Of a DNA stretch of 64,000 bases, positions 1 through 12,110 are shown one piece after another. A program made the position numbers and the translations under genes. How positions within the stretch are numbered: the stretch's first letter is position 1; each line of letters begins with the position of its first letter. Below the pieces are notes generated by a model, which had not been told where the DNA came from, searched no databases, and saw only the letters and a list, made by a program, of their open reading frames with translations. Location: positions 1,054,001 to 1,118,000 of the forward strand of contig NC_081331.1 in the NCBI RefSeq assembly GCF_022539665.2, in the 5' to 3' direction. Source of the stretch: Daphnia carinata. Its lineage: Eukaryota.

Positions 1-351
1 AAACTCCTGCGGTATTTGTGTTGTTAGTACACTGGTGCACTTTAAACTATCGGAGCGTACTGGCAATTTCGTAGCGGCAGCAACGTCATCTAGTGTACGT
101 AACAGCCGCAACTCAACCCCACCCTCGTTGACTATTCCTGGAGGTATATTTCATGGCTGAACCAAAAACTGGATTTCGCGTTTCCCGCCTCAAAAGCGGC
201 TGCCATCTAGCGTAATTTTATTAACGCGCACGTCTGCATGGAGTTAGTAGCGTCTGCAAGCACTTGTCCAAACTCCGAACGTGTCTGTTAAAACGTGTTT
301 CCATTTGTTTCTTCACAATATATCGTTACATCGGTATCTTCATCTGTAGGA

Positions 352-3846
<3,495 letters not shown>

Positions 3847-4174
3847 AAGGTAGATGATGAATTTTGTAGCATTTGGGGTTCATAAAAACTGAGATCCAGT
3901 TATTTTTACAAGGTTAACAAAACTATCTGTAAAATCGACTGGCCATCAGTTTCCATTCACTGAATAGGGGAAGACATTCCGGCTTCTTTCACCAAAATCA
4001 GTGACCGCTTATTCTAATATTAATTTTGAAAACAAGCAGTCGAGTAAAACACTTGTAATCGTGAATGAAACATGCCCATGTTGCATTGATGTAAAACACT
4101 GAAATGACAATATATGTGGTATCATTTCCTCCAGTTGAAGTTTCAACACACCGAGCTTCTCGCAAAAACTTTGG

Positions 4175-5766
4175 TTAGTTTTTCGTGAATTGTTCGGTTA
4201 GGGCAGCCAATTTCGCCATGAATTTAGCTTCTTCTTCTTTTGTTGAGCGCGTCCACGCCAATGGTAAGTGAGTTGGTACAGGACGGCGATCTGTAAAGAA
4301 AAAATTACGACGTAATTCAGAGCTGTCTTCTGTTGTTATTTCTATATCACAGCAATTTTTACTTGCTTCTAAATACCCAACATATTGCCTATCCTATCCC
4401 TTTACGTCACAAAAGTTTGCATCTCTTGAAGTCTATGCTTAATGGACTCACCCTCAAAGAACAAGCCAGATGGGAACTGTAAAGCAGCTTCTGATATAGC
4501 TAACCAGGTAGCCGTGTCAGCCCCTTGTTCAGCGGTACGAAGACGATCTTTCATTTTCTCATAAAAATCTGGCATTGAGGAACGAACTGCGGGTGTCTAA
4601 GAACGTCAAAATGTATTAATTTAAAACACTTTGATTTATTACTAAAAAAATAATTACATCAGCCCACCTATATAATAAAAAAAAAAAATTAGTCACGTGA
4701 TTTTTAAAAAATAACTGGTAAACTTTTGCAAAAATTTGACTACCCTGGATGCATCGCCGAAAAATGAATATTTGGATACTGTTTGGCATACTGTTCCATC
4801 ATTACCACCTAAACAATTGCAAAAGTAGCTACTAAACCCCATGTCAGGCGTACCACACCAAGAAATTCGCACCTGCTGCCTTTTGTTCTGAGCATATGCC
4901 ATGGTTCCATCAAATTTCTTTTCTTTTTCTAATTGCCAATCATCAACATTCAGTTTCTGTACCAGCATGCCGCCACTTGACACAATTATCACTCGAGGTT
5001 GGGTAGCTCTAGTTGAAATTGTGATTAGTATACAAAAATCTCTTATATTAATGTCTTTCGATTTTATACTTGGACAACAGAGGAATAAGGGATGTTGTTA
5101 GCAAATGGGTCCCTAAAGTATTTGTTGCAAAATTTTTTTCATTTCCATTGCTATCGATTTCTCTGTTGTTTATCATACAGCCAGCATTATTCACCTGTTA
5201 TCCAAATATGTAAGTATAACAATCTACAAGCTACTATTATTATAGCTTACTAAAACATTCAATTCTGTTCCACTCTCAACAAACCTCCTACCAAATTCAA
5301 CAACACTTTTGGAATCAGAAAGATCAAGTGGATGAATATGGACATTCTGAAAGGATATATGTTTATGATGTATGAAATTATCTTGATCTACAAAATGAAA
5401 ATAACTTACATTGTTCCCTGAAGCTTTTTGAATTTCAGACTGTGCTTCTTGTGCTGACTTTTTATTACGACATACAAGATGAATAGTTCCTCCTCTCTTG
5501 GCTATGTCTAAAGCAATACATTTACCAATGCCACTGTTGCCACCGGTAATCATATATGACTTTCCTGAACAATCAACGTTGAGATCAAGATCAGCAGGGT
5601 TAAAATTCTTACTAGCTGACTCATATCCCCCTCTAGATTGAAATTTTAAAACACAAATATGTTGTAAAATACAAACACAAAAACATCGAGGTGTTTGAAA
5701 ACATTCTTACTTGGTATAATCCCGCAATCCTCTGGCAAACCATACAGCGTTTCTATAGAACGACAT
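4175..5766 (-). CDS. DHRS12: Short-chain dehydrogenase/reductase DHRS12-like, 9 coding exons, 323 aa
   Basis: Exons 5766-5711, 5632-5410, 5346-5251, 5194-5070, 5008-4873, 4808-4744, 4667-4658, 4596-4452, 4290-4175 (972 nt). N-terminus MSFYRNAVWFARGLRDYTKGGY, Rossmann motif TGGNSGIG, NNAG, catalytic YAQNK, MHPGWADTPAVR and C-terminal THLPLAWT are typical of DHRS12. Confidence 0.93.
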
Positions 5767-6249
5767 TAAAAGACTTTTGGGGTTTTTATTGATGTGAAAG
5801 TAAATATGATTCCCACCAATTCTATGACAAATTCTAAAGAATGAGATCCCCTAGAAGATAGCAAGCATTATATAAACGAAATGTAAGCAAGACCCAGATA
5901 ACACATATCAACCTGGTTACGTAAAAAAAAAAATAACAAAAAACGCTCTTCCATCTATCGGCTGAAAGATGAATTACAGAATTTGGCTCATCGGACGATT
6001 TTGACCAGCACCAGTTATTGACAGCCCCTGAGTTTGATTAAGTTATTGGTTTTCTCGTTAAACCAGGCATTTTTAAAATAATAAAAAAGCAATTGCCTGT
6101 TAGCGCCCCTACATTCGAATTAGTTTTTTACGTTTCGTTCGGAAACTATAAAGCCAATTGAAAAACAAACTTGATTTCCGTGATTACCATTCAATTTGAA
6201 TCGAAATTATGTAATTTCAGCAAACTTTGAAATTAGCAAAAATGAAAAA

Positions 6250-6751
6250 GTGGAAGGCTATACCACATGGAAGGCCTTCCCACTTCAAAATCCGCAAAAA
6301 AATGAAAACTCCTAGAATACGATAAAAATCACGCAGAACATTCAAAATTAAACGCTGATTTCGATAAAGTGGTTTGTTATGTCGTCAAACCAGACCTGCC
6401 GTAATCGCGATTGAAAATTAATCACGATTGCGATTTCGATTAAAAATTTTAATCGGCGATCAAATTATTTTAAAATGATCGAAATCGGCGATTAAAGTGG
6501 AAAAAACTTAATTTTTAATCGCGATTATTTCACGATTATTTAGCGACATCTATGAACGGTAGATGAGACTATATGAAAGTCTACTCATAGCTTTGTCATT
6601 TTTGTAGCAGACGCTTTTTTTTAATTTTCACTTGTTTCAATTTTTTCAATTTAAACAATGGCAAGTTATTTTCTTACTGCTAGATGGCGGTCAAAAGTAA
6701 TCGGAAAAACAATCGCTAAGAAATTTAATCGCCGATCAAATTTTTTCAACA
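6250..6751. mobile_element. Left part of an older degenerate repeat/MITE-like sequence interrupted by the palindromic element
   Basis: Dense AATCGCGATT/AATCGGCGAT motif array at 6400-6740. Segment 6253-6362 has a diverged direct copy at 11870-11971. Boundaries are uncertain. Confidence 0.5.
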
Positions 6752-6757
6752 GACGAA

Positions 6758-9030
6758 TATAGCAATCCGTATATGGCAATCCGTTTTTATGGCAATCCGT
6801 TTTACACAAAAAAAAAAAAAAAAAAGCGCACTTTTTTCTTTTTTTCCGACACGTAGCCATCTACCGCTCAGACTCGTTATTACTGGCGTACGCAATTTCA
6901 GTCCATTGGATGCCATTCGCAGTTAGTTCAGTAGCGTGGATGGAGAATAACGCGTGGCTGGAGGAACAATTGAAAAATGGATAAGATAATACAACAAAAG
7001 AATAGTAAGTATAAACATTATTATATTGGTTTTCAATTATTAATTATTGTTTATTAGATCAAGTTATGAAGCTGCAGGCCCAATTATTGGAACAACACAA
7101 AATATTAGATAACAGCAAAGCTAAGGATGGTAAGGCCTGATGTATGTAATGATTCTATTTATTTGCTTTTATTCATTTGTGTTTTGTAGCTCAAATTTTG
7201 AGTCTACAAGCTCACCTAGGGGAAAAGAACAAATTGGAACAGAACAGTTTCCAAACAGTGAAGGAGGTTTTTCCAAACTCATCCCTAACTGAACATGAGG
7301 ATGAATTGGCATTAGGCGAACACAGTCAGGTACCAAAACGTTTCAAATAAGAATTCAAATTAAGTATAGAATTTTAACAAACAATTATTTATTGTTTAGT
7401 TATTCAGTCTACCACTTGACAGTGTGTTAAAGTTAAATTCTTTTAGTGCTGCACTAAAAGAATTGTTAGTAATAAGTCCATGCAGCGAAGGAAGTGAACA
7501 ATTGTGGGACCGTATTTGGGCTGAAAATGGGTGTGGTATGGAAACCGAGATATGGCACGAGTTCAACATAAAACATGGATTAGGTACTTTTCGGTTTTTT
7601 GTCTATTGAAAAAGTATTTTTAATGCTATTATTTTGCATTGACAGAATTTTAGCAGGGGATCAAGTCAACTCTGGAAGTGTTACAGGATGGAAAAGTCAG
7701 CCTACAGTTGAAAAACACTGAGTGCATTACCATTAAGGTATGAGGTAAAGTAATAGAGTATGCAAATTGTCTAATGAGAAGTACCATCTTGTGTGAATGA
7801 ATCCTGTGTAACAGCAATCCTTTATAGTTCTGTCACAGCTAGAAGCCTCAAATAATTCTGCTTCTCTTGCTAAAGAACAACTTGTCCTTTACGTTCAGAG
7901 TGTTGGTGAAGCTGGGTACTTAAATGGCCCTAAAGATGTTTCATTTCGTTGGCATTGCAGCGATGAACATCATACATGGACTCTTTAGGTATGAAAGGAA
8001 TTTTCTTGAAAATTTTTTAAATTTATGACAAAGCATTTCTCCTGCTTTTTGCCAACCATGTCTAATCTTAAAAAAAAATTTATCCACTAGGAAAGGATTT
8101 TCAGCATACTGGGAACACAACTATCAACAATGCAACATTCTAGGGGTGCTATTTTATCATTCAAGAGCCTTATACAATGATTTTCAACTGCAATTTGTAT
8201 GGCCTTTCCCAAGCTTCTGCCAGAAGTTGAATCTATGTCATGTAAGTCACATGAGCTACAATTGAGATGCTTAATGGTGTTGTTTTTCTTTTCTCAGCAT
8301 AGGTTAAAAGTAACATTGGATCTGAAAAGATTCTTGGTTGGGGCAAGACACTGAATAAATTGTAATGATTGAATGGATGACATGACATTTCTATACTTAA
8401 TTTGGATTCCCGAGACGGTATTTTATATTTAAAAAATTGAAGTGCATATCTGGGCTCCCTTCCTTTCCGTAGCCCCGTTTCCCCTTGACTCGTAATAAGC
8501 CCGTAGGGGGTCATGCCCCTACTGTACGGTATATATAAAAACAACATATACCGAGGTTTGGAGGGCTCTGGCCGGAAAGGGGACGTGGATGTCCGCTTAG
8601 TCCGATGATGTGTTCACGGAGGGCTCTGTGGCTACCCACAAATCCGAACTAAAGGTTAATCGCTCCTGTAAAAATGTTCCAAATCTTCAGCTCTTCTTCC
8701 GGCTTCTCTTAGCCAATCACCGGGTAATCTCCCCGGTGGGTCAACAAGGCAGTGTCTCCCCCTGCCTGGGTTGACGGCAACTTTTGAAAGGGCTATTGTG
8801 CCTTTTTAAAGTTGCAAAAATAATTGTAACGTGCAGAGAATTCTCAATAAATTTTTTTTTCATAAAAAATTTTTTGCAAATTTTGTTTTAAACTTCATTG
8901 TCATCATTTTCCTTCATTGTCTGTGTTCACACATTACATTTATCAATTTTTTTTTATTCAGCTTTGCACAATTCAATTTTATTGTTTTTGCCACCGTTGT
9001 ATCGTTTATCTGTAAGTATTCAATTATTAT
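6758..9030 (+). repeat. Left inverted arm of the palindromic element
   Basis: Aligns by eye end to end with the reverse complement of 9539-11809. It begins with tandem (T)ATGGCAATCCGT units at 6758-6800. Confidence 0.95.
6977..8265 (+). pseudogene. Decayed multi-exon gene of unknown family carried in the left arm (coiled-coil-like N-terminus)
   Basis: GT-AG bounded exons 6977-7004, 7058-7129, 7190-7329 and 7400-7583 splice into 141 open codons (MDKIIQQKNNQVMKLQAQLLEQHKILDNSKAKDAQILSLQAHLGEK...LWDRIWAENGCG...). Further exon-like blocks at 7646-7737, 7828-7988 and from 8091 contain stops or frameshifts. The 3' end is approximate. Confidence 0.7.
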
Positions 9031-9127
9031 TTATTACACTTTTTGAATTCATGAACTTAGACAAGGAACAACGTGTAATATCTTGATATTTTCTGAAGTA
9101 ATTTTGTATTTGTATATTGTTTTACTG

Positions 9128-9191
9128 GCATGGGAATCGATCCTCAAACATTCAGCGTGCAACGCCGATGCTCTAACATTGAGCCACGAGA
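9128..9191 (-). pseudogene. Degenerate tRNA-like unit 1 in the element spacer
   Basis: The minus strand reads TGGCTCAATGTTAGAGCA TCGGC GTTGCAC GCTGA ... GAGGATCGATTCCC. It has a D-stem GCTC/GAGC, a 5-bp anticodon stem with 7-nt loop and a degenerate B-box, but no acceptor stem. Confidence 0.55.
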
Positions 9192-9289
9192 TACATCTAG
9201 ATTTTTTATTATTGCATATCATATGTTATCGTCTAGGATGTTTATGCAGTCTTTCACAACTATATGTTTATCTTTGTATTGCTTTTATA

Positions 9290-9361
9290 ATGTCCATAGC
9301 TCTGTGGTAGAGCATTCAGCTGCGATAACTGTTACCCTGGGTTCAAACCTTACTAGATGTA
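9290..9361 (+). pseudogene. Degenerate tRNA-like unit 2 in the element spacer
   Basis: TAGCTCTGTGGTAGAGCA (A-box and D-arm) and GGGTTCAAACC (B-box) at tRNA spacing, with only weak acceptor pairing (ATGTCCA/TAGATGT). Confidence 0.6.
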
Positions 9362-9474
9362 TAAAAATCTACATCTCAATGGAGAAAATAATATGGCAGT
9401 ATTGCATTTCAGTTTTATTCAAAGTGTTAATACAAGTCCGCAAGCGACTAGAAAAAAGCCAACTTGACATCATA

Positions 9475-9540
9475 TGATTCATGGCTCATTGGTAAAGCAT
9501 CGGCGCGGAATGCCGAACATCTAGGGTTCGATCCCTGGAT
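9475..9540 (+). pseudogene. Degenerate tRNA-like unit 3 in the element spacer
   Basis: TGGCTCATTGGTAAAGCA TCGGC GCGGAAT GCCGA ... GGGTTCGATCCC. It has an A-box, a perfect 5-bp anticodon stem and a B-box, but no acceptor stem. Confidence 0.6.
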
Positions 9541-11809
9541 AATAATTGAATGCTTACAGATGAACTATGCTTACAGGAAACAATGCTTACCATTAAACGT
9601 GGCATAAACAATAAACGAGAATTGAGAAAGCTAAATAAAAAAAAGATGATAAATGTAATGTGTGAAAACAGACAGTGAAAGAAACAAAATTTGCAAAAAA
9701 ATTTTATAAAAAAAAATTTATTGACAATTCTCTGCACATTACAATTATTTTTGCAACTTTAAATAGGCACAATAGCCCTTTCAAAAGTTGCCGTCAACCC
9801 AGGCAGGGGGAGACACTGCCTTGTTGACCCACCGGGGAGATTACCCGGTGATTGGCTAAGAGAAGCCGGAAGAAGAGCTGAAGATTTGGAACATTTTTAC
9901 AGGAGCGATTAACCTTTAGTTCGGATTTGTGGGTAGCCACAGAGCCCTCCGTGAACACATCATCGGACTAAGCGGACATCCACGTCCCCTTTCCGGCCAG
10001 AGCCCTCCAAACCTCGGTATATGTTGTTTTTATATATACCGTACAGTAGGAGCATGACCCCCTACGGGCTTATTACGAGTCAAGGGGAAACGGGGCTTCA
10101 GAAAAGAAGGGAGCCCAGATATGCACTTCAATTTTTTTAATATCAAATACCGTCTGGGGAATCCGAATTAAGTATAGAAATGTCATGTCATCCATCCAAT
10201 CAATACAATTTATTCAGTGTCTTGCCCCAACCAAGAATTTTTTCAGATCCAATGTTACTATTAACCTATATTGAGAAAAGAAAAACAACACTGTTAAACA
10301 TATCAACTGTTGATCATGTAACTTACAAGACTCATAGATTCAACTTCTGGTGGAAGCTTGGGGAAGGACATACAAATTGCAGATTAACATCATTGTATAA
10401 GGCTCTTGAATGATAAACTAGCACCTGTACAATGTTGCATTGTTGATAGTTGTGTTCCCAGTACATGAAAATCCTTTCCTATTGGATAAAATTTTTTTTG
10501 GTAGATTAGACCTGGTTGGCAAAAAGGAGGAGAAATTCTTCGTCATAAATTCAAAATTATTTGAAGAAAAATCCTTTCATACCTAAAGAGTCCATGTATG
10601 ATGTTCATCTCTGCAATGGCAGCAAAATTAAAACATCTTTAGGGCCATTTAAGTACCCAGTTTCCCCAACACTCTGAACGTAAAGGACAAGTTGTTCTTT
10701 AGACAGAGAAGCAGAATTATTTGAGGTTTCTAGCTGTGACAGAACTATAAAGGATTGCTGTTGTACTGGATTTATTAACACAAGATGGTACTCTCATTAG
10801 ACAATGTGCATACTCTATTACTTTACCTCATACCTTAATGGTAATGCACTCTCAGTGTTTTTTCATCTGTAGGCTGACTCTTCCATCCTGTAACACTTCC
10901 AGACTTGATTTGATCCCCCATTAAATTCTGTGAATGCAAAATAATAGCATTAAAAATACTTTTTCAATAGACATAAAACCGAAAAGTACCTAATCCATGT
11001 TTCATATTCAACTTGTGCCATATCTTGGTTTCCGTACCACACCCATTTTCGGCCCAAATACGGTCCCACAATTGTTCACTTCCTTCACTGCATGGGCTTA
11101 TTACTAACAATTCTTTTTGTGCAGCACTAACAGAATTTAAATTTAACACACTGTCAGGTGGTAGACTGAATAACTAAACAATAAATAATTGTTTGTTAAA
11201 ATTCTATACTTATTTTGAATTCTTATTTGAAAAGTTTAGGTACCTGACTGTGTTCGCCTAATGCCAATTCATCCTTATGTTCAGTTAGGTTTGAGTTTGG
11301 AAAAACCTCCTTCACTGTTTGGAAACTGTTCCGTTCCAATTTGTTCTTTTCCCCTAGCTGAGCTTGTAGACTCAAAATTTGAGCTACAAAACACAAATGA
11401 ATAAAAGCAAATAAATAGAATCATTATGTATTAGGCCTTACCATCCTTAGCTTTGCTGTTATCTAATAATTTGTGCTGTTGCAATAATTGAGCCTGCAGG
11501 TCCATAATTTGATCTAATAAACAATAATTAATAATTCAAAACAAATATAATAATGTTTATACTTACCATCCTTTTGTTGTATTATCTTATCCATTTTTCA
11601 ATTGTTCCTCCAGCCACGCGTTATTCTCCATCCACGCTACTGAACTAACTGCGAATGGCATCCAATGGACTGAAATTGCCTACGCCAGTAATAATGAGTC
11701 TGAGCGGTAGATGGCTACGTGTCGGAAAAAAAGAAAAAAGTGCGATTTTTTATTTTTTTTCCGCCATTTTTTTTTTTATGTAAAACGGATTGCCATACGG
11801 ATTGCCATA
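9539..11809 (-). repeat. Right inverted arm of the palindromic element
   Basis: Reverse complement of 6758-9030 with scattered substitutions and indels. It ends in ACGGATTGCCATACGGATTGCCATA. Confidence 0.95.
10300..11594 (-). pseudogene. Mirror copy of the decayed multi-exon gene in the right arm
   Basis: ATG at 11594-11592 with the same splice sites. The first four exons are open (ORF 10964..11149 corresponds to 7424..7609), and later exons carry different lesions. The 3' end is approximate. Confidence 0.7.
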
Positions 11810-11815
11810 GACGAA

Positions 11816-12110
11816 TGATCGCCGATCATTTTTTTTGCGATTATCGACGGCTACCGATAATCTAAGTGAGAAGGCTATTGTCTTCCCACTTTTGTGAAAA
11901 TCCGAAAAAAAACGATATCTCTTGGAATTCGATGAAAATCACAAAATATAACCCAAATTTAACGCTGGTTCAGAAAAGGCTATTCATTTTCTTGTCAAGT
12001 TAGCCGTGTTTGAAATACACCGAATATTTGTACTGCATCGAGCTAGCACTGTAGGTACTGGCGCGCTAGCGCGGTATAATCAAAGTTGAACGCTGATTTT
12101 GATTAAGCTA
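11816..12110. mobile_element. Right part of the same older degenerate repeat
   Basis: ATCGCCGATCA at 11818-11828 repeats 6728-6738. AACGCTG(A/G)TT motifs at ~11961 and ~12089 repeat the one at ~6352. Boundaries are uncertain. Confidence 0.45.

Larger units (their letters stand above)
6758..11809. mobile_element. Non-autonomous palindromic (foldback-like) DNA transposon with ~2.27-kb inverted arms and IS3EU-like termini
   Basis: Left arm 6758-9030 is the reverse complement of right arm 9539-11809. The left end TATAGCAATCCGTAT matches the right end (read inward) TATGGCAATCCGTAT at 14/15. Direct repeat GACGAA flanks both sides (6752-6757, 11810-11815). No transposase ORF is visible. The superfamily call rests only on termini and TSD. 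Confidence 0.85.

Noticed and set aside
6751..6758. 8-bp TSD reading (AGACGAAT) implying hAT, P or Merlin
   Set aside because: Formally possible, but the termini would be ATRGC, which does not fit typical hAT (YAG), P (CA) or Merlin (GG) ends. The 6-bp TSD with TAT..ATA fits better. Not fully excluded.
6758..6800. CRISPR-like short repeat array (ATGGCAATCCGT x3)
   Set aside because: The units are nearly adjacent with no spacers, in a eukaryotic context with no cas genes. They are subterminal transposon repeats.
8233..8547. Antisense ORF pair 8233..8547 (-) and 10180..10413 (+) as a real gene
   Set aside because: The similarity simply reflects the inverted duplication. The lengths and starts differ between arms, and the splice signals favour the opposite strand.
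8581..8625. Hammerhead- or HDV-like ribozyme (CCGATGA; TTCACG/TCCACG loops)
   Set aside because: The CUGAUGA...GAAA core is absent, and no P1/P2/P3 pairing could be built on either strand.
9128..9540. Functional tRNA genes
   Set aside because: Acceptor stems are weak or absent, and T-arms and anticodon loops are non-canonical.
6758..11809. Palindrome as an assembly or chimeric-read artefact
   Set aside because: The arms differ by many substitutions and indels, there is a unique spacer, a clean TSD is present, and the flanks rejoin into a coherent repeat.
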